NCBI RefSeq assembly: GCF_004010195.1
Contig: NC_057749.1
Coordinates: forward strand, 9,956,728 to 10,020,727
DNA from: Chiloscyllium plagiosum
Lineage: Eukaryota
Direction: 5' to 3'
DNA: 64,000 nt
The notes beneath the pieces were generated by a model. That model was not told where the DNA came from and did not search any database. It was given only the letters and a program-made list of their open reading frames with translations. The translations under genes and the position numbers were made by a program. Positions 38,191-52,161 of this stretch are shown here, piece by piece (the first letter of the stretch is position 1; every line of letters starts with the position of its first letter).

Positions 38191-41100
38191 GAGAAGGGGA
38201 GCGATTTCCACAACACTCGCAGTGACATAATGGATAACGAGAATTATAGACTATGAGACAGTGACCTGGAAAAAGCAAAAGGTCATGATGAATAAAATGC
38301 AATAATTGTTTAGACAAAAATCAGCTACAGTTTGACTGTACAATTTACACACCATTGAGATTTTCTGGCTTACTCCAATCTCTGGTTTCTTTAGCTTTGA
38401 GTATATTATTTTGTGAGATATTGGCTTGAGTAACCGAACGTGGAGCCTGGTGAATCAATGTTTCTCCTCTCAATGACACTGGTGTATTTTACTGTCCAAT
38501 AAGGGTCATTGGGAGAATTATGAGAACATGACCAAATTGACCTAGTCTGCAAATTGCTTTGTTAATTTGCACTGTAAATGAAAACACTTGTTATGTAGTT
38601 GATGCTCCAACTAGATGACGCAGAAAGTGCAATGGGTCCAAATTTGACAACCAGTCAATTATATAATTAAATGATTTTCTTTAAATTATTACTCATTGTG
38701 GGTGTCTCTGCAATGACTGCATTAATCCTCAGAATTACACTAACAATGAAGATTATCAGCTGTGCTTGCTTGCACAGCAACCCTGCAATACGGAACAAAA
38801 GGAACATGTCCAATCTGAATTAAACAGAAGCATGGGGGAGCAACAGATCCTTGGTGCATTCTCCATGGCAATCCCTCGACCAATAAGTGTCAACTTACCA
38901 ACTGGTCCAGCCCCTTTTCTCATGCAGTATAAATTGTTGTTCTTGTTAAAATTTGGAATTCTTGTGTCTGTCCTGATGAGTGCAAGACAAAAAAAATTGA
39001 CAGCATGCCTCTTTGTTCAACAAAACTGCTTTAATTGTCCGAATCTAGATAACTAAATGGCTTCCTTGGCTTCTTCAGCAATAAGCTAGCAGTCACAATA
39101 AGCCAAACTAGGTAAAGGTGATAAGCCTCCTTCTCAAAAGGACATTATTTAACCCAGTGGGATTTGACTAATATCGACTTGCTATTTCCAGTTTTTTTTC
39201 TATCTAATTTGAGTTCAAATTGCCATCCTTGTGATGTTTGAATTCAGAGTTTCTGGATCATCAATCTATGACTTCGTATAGTCTACTAATATAACCATTT
39301 CACTACCTTAGCTGAATTATGATGCTTCATGTTAACATTCAGTCACGTGACTTCAACAAATTAACTTTGCACTTTTTTTCTTTATTCTTTCACGGGATGA
39401 CAGCATTACTGGCAAAGCCTTAAAAACATAGGAGCAGCATTAGGCCATTTGGCCCACCAGGTCAGCTCTATCATTCAATCATTCAATCCACAGTCGTCTG
39501 TGGCAATGATTTCCAAAGATTCATCTTCCTCTGGGCTGAAGAAATGCCTCCTTGTCTTAGCCCTAAAGTGTCGTCCCTTCACTCTGAGGCTGTGCCCTCA
39601 GGTTCTAGTCTCTCCTACTAATGGAAATATCTTCTCCACTCTATCCAGGCCTCTCAGTAATGCAGCATTCAAGAAGCATGTGGATGAATACATGAATAGG
39701 AAGAGAATAGAAGGATACAGATCCTGTAAGTGAAGACAGTTTTAGTACAGCAGGGCAAAGTGTGTCAGTGCAGGCCTAAAGGGCCGAAAGGCCTGTTCCT
39801 GTGCTGTATTGTCCTTTGTTCCATTTTGTGAGTTTCTATGAGATTCCCCTCACCCTTTGAAACTCCATCGAGTACAGACCCAGAGTCTTCATTGATCCTC
39901 ATTTGACAAGTTCCTCATGCTGGGATCATTCTTGTAAACCTCTGCTGGCCCTCTAACACCAGCACATTCTTTCTTAGATACAGGGCTTAAAACTGCTCAC
40001 AATATTCCAAATGTGGTCTGACCAAAGCCTTATACAGCCTCAGCAATACATCTCTGCATTTGTATTCTTGAAATGAAGCCTAAAATTGTATTTGCCTTGT
40101 TAATTTCCATCTGAAACTGCACTTTAACCTTAAGAGAATCCTGAACCAGGACTCCTAATTTAAGAGGGCAGTTAACAGTCAACCCCAACCACAGATCACA
40201 TGTAGGCCAGACTGAGTAAGGATGGCAGATTTCTAACCCTAAATGGCATTATTGAACCAAATGGTCTTTATAACAATTGATTATAATTCCCATGATCACC
40301 ATTACTAAGACTAGCTTTACATTTCCAGATGCATTCAAAGTGAGTTTGAGGTAAAAGATTTTCAAATCAGCGTGTGTAGAGATGTTATTACACACCGCAG
40401 GAGGAGCTGGGACTTGAATTCAGGCCTATAATTGACTTCTGCTTTTGAATTTAGGGATTAGGTGGGAAGTGGAAGGCTGATGGTGATGCTAAGAAATTCA
40501 GACAGGTATAAATGATTATATCTCAATCAATTGAAAGGTACTTTATAGAATTCATTATTTGTCAAACTTACTTTGTTTACTTACTTTGGTATTTTTGCCT
40601 ATAGCACCTTCCTGCTTTTACTGAGAGAGCAGTGGATCTGAAATTGCTTAATGCCAACGCTGCTTTCAACCTTAGTCGAGAATCAATGGGCCTATGCACC
40701 GCCCTGTAAATTTCTTTGCTCTTAGAATACAAAACCAGTGGGATACTATGCGAGGAAAGCCAATCCCTGGACACTACTTGGGAACTGCTACTTGATGAGC
40801 AAAAGGTCATATTCAATGTCAGGCAGAGTCTAGGACAATGGTTTCCAAACTTTCTCCGGGTGTGACCCCCTTTAATGACTTAGACTTTCTGTGACCTTCA
40901 GACTGAAATGTTTGAAGGTAGGTACTTGTGGCAGGGTTAGTTCAAGACTGGAGGTGGTGTGGATGACTGGAGTTAAGTGTGGTTGTGTTGATGAAATGGT
41001 GATTTCTCCATGTGAATATCTATCTACTTACTGGCTGTTTTTGAAGCAGCAATCCACCCTGAGCAGTCTATTGGGCCACGCCCAGCAGTGAAAAACTGCA

Positions 41101-41323
41101 AGCTTTTAAAGGGACCTCACCACTGCTAGCAATCAGTCTGACCTCCACAGCTGCTACTGCTTCCAAAGAGCTTGTGACACCAAACACCATCCTCTGACTG
41201 AGTTTGACCCATTTTGGGAGGTCCTGGTGTTGAGATGAACATATATCCAACTATCTTGGCGAATTAACACTTTTCATACAGTGCACAATGCAAATCACCA
41301 ATTAAGAGCAAGATTTTCTTCAA

Positions 41324-41595
41324 GTCATAGAAATATACAGCACGAAACAGACCCTTCGGTCCAACTCATCCATGCCAATCAGTTATCCTAACCTAATCTA
41401 GCCCCATTTGCCAGCACTTGGCCCATATCTCTCTACACCTTCCCTAGTCATATCCCCATACAAACATATTTTATGTGCTGTAATTGTACCAGCTTCCACC
41501 ACTTCCTCTGGCAGCTCATTCCATACACGTACCACCCTCTGTTTGGAAAGGTTGCCCCTTAGGTCCCTTTCATATTATTCCCCTCTCACCCTAGG
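41324..41595 (-). mobile_element. CR1 3' fragment
   Basis: Same tail and WNELP region as other copies. Confidence 0.8.
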
Positions 41596-41749
41596 TTTTG
41601 CCTGAACTTTCTCTCTGAAATCTCTCCTGCCTGTAAGAATCTATGTTTGAATTTACCATTTGCCATGGGGTGTGTTTAAGGGATGTTGTGGGTATTAGGA
41701 CAGCTCCTTTGTTAAGTTGTGATTGAGTTGGTTGGGTATTCAAATAAGA

Positions 41750-41958
41750 GTCAGAAAGTGTGGTGCTGGAAAAGCACAACAGGCCAGGCAGCACCCGAGG
41801 AGCAGGAGAGCTGATGCTCCGGGCACAAGCCCCTCCTGATGAAGGGCCCATAACCAAAACATTAACCCTCCCACTCCCCGGACACCACTCAACCAACTGT
41901 GCTTCCCCAGCGCCATACCCCTTGACTATGATCTCCAGCATCTGCAGTCCTCAATTTC
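41750..41958 (+). mobile_element. Palindromic Penelope-derived element with heavy T>C divergence
   Basis: Arms homologous to 26254-26452; CTGATGAAGGGC core; tail gatctccagcatctgcagtcctca. Confidence 0.8.
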
Positions 41959-42004
41959 CTGTTCCAGTAGTAAATAAAGACTCTGGGTTCAAGTATCACT
42001 CCAA

Positions 42005-42476
42005 GACTTTGTACAAGATATTGGGTTTGGCCACTTTTGGAATACTGAGTTCAATGCTGGTCTCCCTGCTAAAGGAAAAATGTTGTTAAACTTGAAAAGA
42101 TGCAGAAAAGGTTTACAAGGATATTGCCAGGGTTGGAGAGTTTGAGCTGCAGGGAGAAACTGAACAGGCTGGGGTTATTTTCCCTGGAGCGTCAGAGGCT
42201 GAGGGGTGAGAAGGTTATAAAATCATAAGGGGCGTGGATAGGGTGAATAGCCAAGGTCTTTTCCCCAGGGTAGGGGAGTCCAAAGCTAGAGGGCATAGGT
42301 TTATGGTAAGAGGGGAAAGATATAAAAAGGACCAAAGGGGCAACTTTTTCATGCAGAGGGTGGTGCACATATGGAATGAGCTGCCAGAGGAAGTGGTGGA
42401 GGCTGGTACAATTACAACATTATGGACGAGTTGTACCGAAGGGTGTGTTTCCATGCTGTACAAATCTATGACTCTA
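42005..42476 (+). mobile_element. CR1 3' fragment
   Basis: ORF 42234-42500 DRVNSQGLFPRVGESKARGH...WNELPEEVVEAG. Confidence 0.9.
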
Positions 42477-43537
42477 AAGCTAAGGAAGATGTGTTCATAG
42501 ACAATAAAATAATTTGAATATCAACCTGCAAATCTTTCCAATACTTACTAATGGCAGGCAGCAAGAGGGGAAGAGATTCCTGGTCAGCTATGCAACAGAT
42601 CAAAATTAGACACTCGTTTATGACTATCTACAGCTATAGAGTACCATGCACATGTAAAAGTGTATATTATTGTAACAACGTGGAATCCATGAAGAGCTCA
42701 TCAGCTTGGCAGCCAGTGTGGACCAGGCTGGTTCAATACTCACTCTGACTGTGATTGATTTGTGAACTACCCCCTTGCCCCTACCCATGGTCTATCACAC
42801 TTGCCTTTGGGCAAAGGAGTGAAACACACTCCTTTTTAATCTAAGTGAATGAATGATCTTAATTCCTTCTTGATTAAATAAACTCCATAGTGTTGTGGGG
42901 CAAGAGGGTGCTCCTAAGGTGCAGTGGTAGTGGAGCCAGAAGACCCATCTGCTCCAGCAGTGTGTTATAACATGTGTGAACATATTGATTCATAGGCGTG
43001 CAGCTGGGAGTCAGGACCAAAGTTTTAAGGCCTCCTACCCTGCGAGCACTCCTGCTAGCCATCCCCACGCACTGAGGCTCAAGAGACGGAGTGGAATGGG
43101 TGTACCCCCTGCCGATAATGATCCTTCACAGATTCGCCTATGGAAACCTTGTTAAAACATTTTCTTCCTCGAGATGGTATAGTTTGATCGTCTTCTCAGC
43201 ACTCTGCCAATCTGAAGTCCCATGTCTAGTAGGCTTAGACCCAGAGTTTTGAAACCTAATTGGGCTATTAGTCATTGATTGGGAACTCAGAGTAGTACAT
43301 GTCAGGTCATGCACCAGAAGATTTGTCATTGTTCATTCCCTAGGGAACTGAGACAGAGACAATCTCTTTCTTTAAGACCTTTGAATGCAGGATAGTGGTG
43401 TACAGGCAACTTGCATGGACCACAGTGAGGGAATTAAAACAAAGTTGGTGCAGAAGTTATTTTTTCTTTAAATGATGAGACAGTTCACAACACAGAGTGT
43501 TCAGACATTTCGCTATTCATTGCAAATGAATTCGACC

Positions 43538-43543
43538 TTTATT
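43538..43543 (-). other. Candidate DUOXA polyadenylation signal
   Basis: AATAAA on the - strand followed by a GT-rich element (ctctgtgttgtg), at the end of a repeat-poor AU-rich block. Confidence 0.4.
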
Positions 43544-46029
43544 TATATTGACACTTGTGAACCAAAGAAAAATTTTAAAAAGTAAACATTCTTTATGTAC
43601 ATATACCTTATACTGAAAGAGCAATATTCATATTCGTCTTCCCACTAAGAAAATTATTGTTAAATATTTCCTTCATGTTGCAAATATTTAAAATATTACT
43701 CATCTATTGCACAAGCTTTAAGTAAACTGACTTCTTTTCAAACAAATCAAAGTACCAGATCTGACAATACAGTGAATGTGTCCTGTTTCTCTATCTGTCA
43801 AACGTCTTCTCCATTTGAGTAATTGTCAAATTCCTGCAGAACAAGAAGGAGTTGAATGCCACCCAGTTTTGAGCGCCGCTTAGTCACTTACACATGATTG
43901 TTTTCCAGCAAGATAGACCATTTCACCAATTTACAGGAAGAAGGTGTTAGGATTGAGAATGCTGGTGAAGAAAAAAATGCAGCAAATTGGGTCTAAGTCC
44001 TGGTGAAAGAGGCGATGCCAGCTCTTCTCAAGCAATCTTTGACAGAGTCCAAGTCCCCTTGTTTATGTTTCCTCACAGTGGAGCAGCCAAGCATCAAGGC
44101 AACTGGGAGAAAGGTGACAAGAGGAGGTTGGGACGCGTACGTTCACCAATGGCTCAACACTCATGGGTGGAATGAAAAGCAGCAACTACAGTTTGTCTAA
44201 AGCTGTGCATGAACGACAACAGGAGATTCATTACCCAAGTCGAGATCAACAAGATTAGGAGGAGTAACCCAAGGGTCGGTCAGTGTTTTCCATTCTGTTA
44301 TAAGGCCTCAGCAAAGGTCCATTCATACAAAGAGAAAAAGCTGGAAATACTTGCTCATTAGAGTGGATCAGAATGAAGTTGCAAAACAAGATGTTCTCCA
44401 GTCCCTCCCCCATCTCCCTCCTCTTCCTCCCCTCTCAATCCTGTGCCTTTTCCTGCTTCCCAATGAAGAAGAGTTTGGGAGAAGGGATTTAGGAGACTCA
44501 ACACATGAGAGCCAAACTTTGGAATTTCAAACCACAGTTCCCAGAAAGCATGAATCAGAGTAAAACACAGACATTACACAGAAGAAACAGAAGCTGCTTT
44601 AGGAGAGATGAAATAATGAGATTATGTCTGCATTGCAGGCTTGTGTGAGGCTTGGTTAACTGTCAGGGGAAAGTGGTGAATGATGTTGGATTCAAAGGCA
44701 TTGTTGCATTTCTACAAATATACCTTTATGAACTCTGTCTCCCTTCCACCCATCTTCCTTCATATGGATCATGCATTTATTAAATGTGATGTTACATGTA
44801 TCCAAACCAAAATTTGCAACAATGAGCATTTCAGTTTCAAAGTCACTGGATGTATGGTTTGTAGAGAAAATATATTATCAAGCTGAAACAAATTACAAAT
44901 GTTTTAGCCCTAATCTCTCCCTCCTTCCTCAAGGACTATGAACTCTGATAACTGCAGGACCCTAAAGTGTTTCTCTGAATGAATCCATTCCTGACTTCTA
45001 ATATCCCAAGTTAGATGGCGGACTCACACCCTGGAAAGGATTTTAGACTTTGGATTTGATCAGTGGAGTGGAAACTTCTTTCTATGCTTTCTACCTGTGC
45101 ATTTACAAAATGGGTTAATCAGGTAGAGAGACTGGTATAATTCAACTCAGCCTTAATTTCAGCATACAGTATAAACACTGAGCAACACACTACTGTATCA
45201 CAGCTCTGGCCTGCAGAACAAATGCCGGATCCCAATGATTTGGGATGCTCACCCATTATCATTTCGCTTCAAAATTTAGCCATTTGCTTAAATGAATGGA
45301 CATTTTATTCACAACCACATGCAACTGTATTTGATTTAATCCTCAAGCAAGCATAGGAAATTGAAGCAGGTAGAGGCCATGAAACCCCTTGATCCTGTTC
45401 CACACCATTCCATTAAATCATGGCTGATTTCCATTTGGATGAGATTTTCCAGCACTGTTTTCACACCCTTTGATAACGTTCGCATCTGGAAATCTATCAA
45501 CCTCTGTCTTGAGCATATTCAACTATTAACTCTGCATGGCCTGATGTAAAATGAGTCAGATAGTGTCCACATTCTTGAAGTTAGCTTTCAGCAGCTGTGC
45601 ACTCGATTTCTCCTGAGCAGACCAGTCACCTGTCGAGTGCTGCTGTGGTCACATCTTTTTTTTTGTATGAAAACAATTACAAGGACAGAACTAAAAAAAA
45701 TAGTTGTGATTCTCTATTAGGTGGTGATCTCTAGTGTTAGAATTTGAAAGGGACTAGATGCACGAACATGGTTAAAACTCCTACGTCCTGAAAAAGCAAA
45801 CAAGTCTTGTGTTTACTGGGCAGAAGAAGTTGATCACGGGGGGATGATAGTTCATGGCAGATTTTCTCCCTCGATTATACAGCTTTTTCTATGTTCTGGA
45901 AAGGAAAGAAACAAGAATTTTGTTTATATTTGAAATATTGGTAATGCTTTATAGATAGTCTCTGGGTGGGGGGAGGTATGTGGTGTAGGAAGGCGTATTG
46001 GAATTAAGAAATGGATCTTATCAGGTGTA

Positions 46030-46578
46030 TATTTCTGGTTGTCCTTCGAGAGGAAAGATATTATTAAATTGGAAAAGATGCAGAAAAGACTTGCAAGGAT
46101 GTTATTGGGACTAGAGTGCTTGAGTTATAAGGAGAGGCTGAATAGGCTGGGACTTTTTTCACCAGACTGTAAGAGACTGAGGGGTGACCTTGTAGAGATT
46201 TATAAAATCATGAGGGGCCTAGACGTGGGTGGCACAGTGGCTCAGTGGTTAGCACTGCTGCCTCACAGTGTCAGGGACTCAGCTTTGATTCCACTCTCCA
46301 GCAACTGCCTGTGTGGAGTTTGTACATTCTCCCCGTGTCTGCGTGAGTTTCCTCTGGGTCCTCTGGTTTTCATCCCACAGTCAAAAGCTGTGTAAGTTAG
46401 GGTGGGATTGGCCATGGAAAATTGCTCATAGACTCCAGGGATGTGCAGGCTAGGTCAATTGGCCATGGGAAATGTAGGGTTACAGGGCTAGAGTGGGTTT
46501 GGGTGGATGCTCTTCAGTGGGGTAGGGTGGGGTGGAATTCATAGGCTGAATGCCTTGTGTCTACACTGTAGGGACTTA
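46030..46578 (+). mobile_element. CR1 fragment (46030-46220) followed by HE1 SINE (46226-46578)
   Basis: KLEKMQKRLARMLLGLECLSYKERLNRLG..., then ggcacagtggctcagtggttagcactgctgcctcacag head. Confidence 0.85.
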
Positions 46579-47226
46579 TAAGGTGAATTGCAAGAGAATG
46601 GAAGGTCATAGATACATTAGGAAGGCACTCTAGGATTTTGACCCAGTGATGGTGGTACATTTCCAAGTCAGAATGCTGAGTGGCTTGGAGTGGAACCTGC
46701 AGGGAATGGTATTCCCATGTATCTTCTGCCCTTGTCCTTCTCGATCAAAGTGGTCATGAGTTTGGAAAGTGCCATTTAAGAAGCCTTAGAATTTCTGCAG
46801 CATGTCTTATAGATGGTACACACTGCGTCAGTGGTGGAGGGAATGAAGGTTGAAGATGTTCGAGTGGCTGTCAAACTTTCAATGTTGCTGGAGCTGCATT
46901 CATCCAGGCAAGTGGAAGGTATTCTGTCACACCCTGACCTGTGACTCGAAAGTGATGGAAATGCTCTGGGGAGGCCAGTTACTTTCTCCAGTGTTCCCAG
47001 TCTCTGACCTGTTTATATCAACAGTTTTTATACGGCTGGTATAATTCAGTTTCTGCCTAACAGTTATCGCCTGGCTTGATAGCAACTATCTTGTATTATA
47101 TAGTTCCTTGCATTATATAGATGTTGGGGTCGTGTGGTCAAAGATTTTTGTTAGATCCAAAGATGAAGAGGGATAGGGAGAAAAGTCCACCTAAACCCAT
47201 GTTTGCCAACAGTGGAACCATTAAAA

Positions 47227-47477
47227 TCAGCGATGCACAATTGAGCAGGGTTTGAAGATTGCAGGAACTCTGAGGGGTTTGCGGCTTTGTGTACTTACTT
47301 CCAATGGCAAGCTCTGATTCATCTTATCATCATCACAGTAAGTCTGGTTATAAAAGCTAGTCTCGTACATGTCCTCTTCATTATTGCTGGCATTCAACAA
47401 GAAGACCTTGCTCATCCTGGTCGGAGCGAAAAGGCTCATGACTACAATGGTCATTCCAATAATCAAACAGAGCAAAG
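47227..47477 (-). CDS. DUOXA: Dual oxidase maturation factor coding exon 6 (may end at 47299 if spliced again)
   Basis: Acceptor ttttgtctttccgttgttgcag|; (A)LLCLIIGMTIVVMSLFAPTRMSKVF... = TM5 plus acidic tail; read-through stop at 47227 gives a 1020-nt CDS (339 aa). Confidence 0.8.
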
Positions 47478-48299
47478 CTGCAACAACGGAAAGACAAAAG
47501 AAAAGATCAAGTATCTCCAACATTCGGAGCTTCATGTCTTTAAAAGACCCCTATGGAGTTCAACCATTTGCTGTCCTCGAAATCTGCAACTTCTACTAGC
47601 TATGAGGATAAGAGCAGCAGATACGGGATCACCATCACCTGCAAGCTGCCTTCCAAACCCTGACTTGGTTTCCTTACTGTCACTGGGTCAAAACCCTGGT
47701 GCACTCTCCCTAGCAGCACTGTGGGGGTAGCGGTTCAAGGTGGCAGCTCCCTTCCATTTTATCCAGGGCCTTGAAGAATAGGCAACAAATGCTGGCCATG
47801 CCAGTGATGCCCACATGCTGTGAATGAATTTTTCAAAATAAAAACGAAATTGCAACCTCCCCATCCCCTGCCACCCCATTTATCCTTCTCTACAGTACAG
47901 CCATCCCCTGAACCGATTGCAGATTACCTAATAGTGCAGGGGACAGAATGTGTTCAAGTTGGGAGCTTATTCCAGGTAGAAGTCACAATCTGAAGTTAGA
48001 TATCTGTAAGTGGTTCTTTTCTCAGGGAACACTGGAATCTGGAATAGCTCTTACAGTCGGCTGCGACTCACTGAGTTGCTCCAGGTATAAGCCTTAGAAC
48101 TGTTGCTTCCAAGTGGAGCACAGGCGACCGTGTACAATGGGTATTTATGTTGTGAGATCATACAGGATTTCAGCAAACACCTGGTCTGATTCCAATCACT
48201 TCTAGAGGCTGAAGAGGGATCAGATTCCTCCAATTCCCATTCCTCAATGGCCTGGATCATTAGCTCGAGTATTACTTCTTCCAGAGATCACATACAATC

Positions 48300-48655
48300 A
48301 TAGAATCCATTAGTGTTGAGGCAGACTATTCTGCCCATCGAGTCCTCACCAACCCTCCAAAGAGCATCCTATCCTGACGCACTCCCTTACCCTATTACAC
48401 TGCATTTCCCATGGCTAATCCACCTAATCTGCACATCCCTGGGCACCATGGGGAAATTTTCCATGGCCAATCCACCTAACCTGCACATCCCTGGACACCA
48501 TGGGGCAATTTCCCATGGCCAATCCACCTAACCTGCATGCCTTTGAACTGTGGGAGGAAACCCACGTAGACACAGGAAGAACGTACAAACTCCACACAGA
48601 CAGTCAGTCACCTGAGGCTGAAATAGAACCCGGGTCCCTAGCACTGTGAGGCAGC
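48300..48655 (-). mobile_element. HE1-type SINE with internal ~53-bp tandem repeats
   Basis: Repeated ccatggccaatccacctaacctgca at ~48405-48540. Confidence 0.8.
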
Positions 48656-49228
48656 TGAGCATGCACATCCACACACAAGAGGAGATTAAACTACACTCGG
48701 GACAATGGCTCAGTTGTGCCTGCTCCATCTGTTCATCCTCCTCTTCTGCCCTATACCCTTACTCCCCACCCTTTACCTTGGCTTTGCTCTGATTTACAAA
48801 ACACCAGGTCTGATAACAGGTGGCCTGAAACATTAACTGCTTTTCATTCCAGAGATACCATCTGATCTGTTGAATGTTTCCAGTATATTGTTTGAATTTA
48901 CTTTGGGTAACATGCACATATATGGGGATTAGAAGTCACTGCGCCACAAGTGTAGGTCATATAGATGTTTCATGGAGTTAGCAAGTTTATGAGCAATGGA
49001 AAGAATAGCCAATCAAACCTTTGGATTCATCTGCTCTCCAAAGGACTGTGTTGCAACATACACCTTTTACCACAATGTTACTATGTAACTAATAGTGTCT
49101 GATGATTAATGTTGCATGAGTTATTAGTTTTTCCACTGAATTAGTCTACAGTAGAATTAAATGGATTGACATCCTTTTGGATCCCCTTCCAACCCCATCC
49201 CTAGGAATGGCTGTGCCTTGACACTTAC

Positions 49229-49443
49229 CCGTTGCTAAAGTTAGCCAAAAGGATGGCCCAAGGGAACTCTGTAATTTCATATCATCAAACTGCATGACGC
49301 AGAGTGGAGCATGTCTTGTGGTACCAAATGAGATCAGTGAGAAAATCATGAAGAAGCCGGTTACTAGGATCATGTACCCTCCATATAAAAAGACCATTAG
49401 CCACAGAAGGATATTGGAAAGCATCCAAGCACACAAGGCCACC
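49229..49443 (-). CDS. DUOXA: Dual oxidase maturation factor coding exon 5
   Basis: ttccag|G VALCAWMLSNILL...YGGYMILVTGFFMIFSLISF...LGPSFWLTLAT G|gtaagt; 215 nt. Confidence 0.95.
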
Positions 49444-50906
49444 CTGGAAAGGAAGAAAAACATTTTTAAAAACTCTTCCACAACCTTTTAAATCATTGTG
49501 CAGATGGGACTGAGAGCTTAAAATGGTGATGATTGTTTGCATCAACTAGATTTCCATTCCTAAGTACAGAAGATTTACGGGTGATCTAATCATTGCATTT
49601 CAAATGATAGAAGGATACAATATAATAAACACAGAGAAAAGATATCCTTTGGTGGAAATGATAGATCAAGGGACAGAACCTGGTAAGAGCTAAGACGTTC
49701 AGTGGTGAAATCAGGAAGCACATCTTCAGATATAGGTGGCATGCTGCCTCACAGTGCCAGGGACCCAGGTTCGAATCCAGCCTCGGATGACTGTCTATGT
49801 GGAGTTGACACATTCTCCCTGTGTCTGTGTGGGCTTCCTCCCACAGTCCAAAAATGTGCAGGTTATGTGGATTGACCATTGGAAAAATAGGGTCGTAGGT
49901 CTGGTTGGGATGCTCTTTGGAGGTTCGGTGTGGACTCAATGGTCTGATCTTACACCATAGGGAGGCTATGATTCAAAAGGATGGTGAAAATTAGGAGTGC
50001 CTTCCTCAAAAGAGTATATATGTTGCGGAAGAAGTGAAGCCTTTATTACTGAGATTTTGTTTTTAAGGATATGATATGACAAGGAAACAAGGTGGTTAAG
50101 TGGGTTGAGGTACAGATCAAAACTGACCCAAATGAAGGGCAGAGGAGGCTCAAGGGGCTGAATGGCCTCTGCCATTCTCTAGTTCCTACGGGCACAAGAG
50201 TGTTGAGTTCTTCAAAGTAAACAGTAGAAAACATCCATCTCTCTAGCAGCGGACAAAACAACTAAGCACAAGATGTGAATTTGTAAAGCTCCACACTGTA
50301 TTGAAATCATCTCCTAGTGTTTCCCTCAGAAGGGCTGATTTCCTGGTCAGGTGTTCCTAGTGAGTGACAGTATTTTCCAGGAGCATAAACCCAAAGTCAA
50401 AAACTTGGACGGCCTGGTCATAGCAACAAATTGACAGACCATCGGGGAGTAGTAGATCACTTCTCTCTGTGACTGCAGTGTACATGGCATTTGGTTTTAG
50501 CACACAACCAACAGTCAGAGTTAAACTTGCAGAGTCATCAGGAGAATTTTTATAATTCATATCCAATCTAAGAAAGTAACAAAAACTTATTTGAAGGGCA
50601 CAGTCAACAGGCAACATGTCCAACCCCACAACAAGACTGGTTGGGAAGGCCTTTGTTTGGCAAAATTATGAACTGATGGAATGATGTTCTGTTTTGTCAA
50701 CTTGACACTTTTGTGCTAAGTTCAACTGGCTGCTGGACTAGACACCAATATAACCCATCGCAACTCCATCACTAAGTTAGCCAACATGGTTTTGACAACT
50801 GAGTCTTCAGAAGACAAGGCTAAGCCTTAAAATGTAGTCGGAGCCTTGGACACTATGTGACAGCATTTCACTCTTAACACACTAACTGTTTGTTCTATAA
50901 ACTCAC

Positions 50907-51120
50907 CACATTGTGGCAGAGGCATACTGTCCAGAGACCCTGTACTGCGAATACACACCACATGGGCTGGCATGAGTAAACTTCTCTGCTACGTACAGAA
51001 TTGGGTTCGGAAGGCCCCTCTCTAGCCCTTTGCGATACTGGTTGTCATAGTTCAGTCCAAACTGCCAAAGAAACTCTTCGTTGTAGTTGATGATTTCATT
51101 TAGTTGAGTCTCGGGGAGTC
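50907..51120 (-). CDS. DUOXA: Dual oxidase maturation factor coding exon 4
   Basis: ctgcag|(G)LPETQLNEIINYNEEFLWQFGLNYDNQYRKGLERGLPNPILYVAEKFTHASPCGVYSQYRVSGQYASATM(W)|gtgagt; 214 nt. Confidence 0.95.
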
Positions 51121-52161
51121 CTGCAGAGACATTATGGCTTATTAGCTCTCATTAGCATTTTCTTCCTTACATTAAGAGTTCTGACATGCAATTAAGTGGT
51201 ATGGGTTATTTAATGGTCCAGTACATGAGCCAGAGCATAAACCTATTGATCGCTTTAGACATTGCAAAGCTTGTTCTTCTTTATGGATATTTTTAACCAG
51301 CCCCTTTAGATGTTATGATACGCCTCTGGAGCAGGTAGGACTTGAACCAGACAATCTTGTTCAGAGATAGGGACAATACTATTGCATCATCAGATCCCTA
51401 GATCTATCCTTCATTCATATACACCTCTTGGAGTGTGCCTGATTACGGAACAAGTTTATGATTGAGAGACTGGGAGATTGAGAGATTGGAAAGGAAAGGG
51501 TCGGGGAATAAGGAACCTCTGTGGATCAGCTCAAAAGGAAACTGAAGGCCAAATATTTTAAAATGCATTTGTCCCTGGGCTGCATTGCCAAGGCTGTATT
51601 TATTACCATCACTCATTTTCTCAAGGTTCCCAAATTAAGTATATTCAAAGCTGCGATAGACAGACAGATTTTTAATCCGTAAGGGAATCAAGGGTTGTGG
51701 GGAAAAGGCAGGAAAGTGGAGTCGAGGTTTATCGGACCAGCCATGCTCTCATTGAATGGTGGAGCAGACTCAATGGGCTGAATGGCCTACTTCTCCTCTT
51801 ACAAGGCTTTATAAGGTGACATTTTGCTGTTTACCTTTGTTTCTGTGACAGAGGAGCTTGCTAGACCATGTCAGAGAGCATCAAGAGTCACCATGTGGTG
51901 TGGGATTGCAATTGCATATTGGCAGGCTGTGTAAGATTAGTTTTCTTTTCCATGTTAGATTCTTACAACCATCTTCCAGCTTCTGCAACCAATCTTCTCT
52001 TGCCTTTGCATCAGTCCACAAAATTGGATCTTTTGAATTCACCATCACAGCCTTCCACAGCAGGATTTCAGTTCACGGTCCAACCCCACAGCCATTGCAC
52101 TATCACACACACAACAATACAGGGGCCGGGGGGGGGACAGGGGGAATAAACAAAACTCTAC

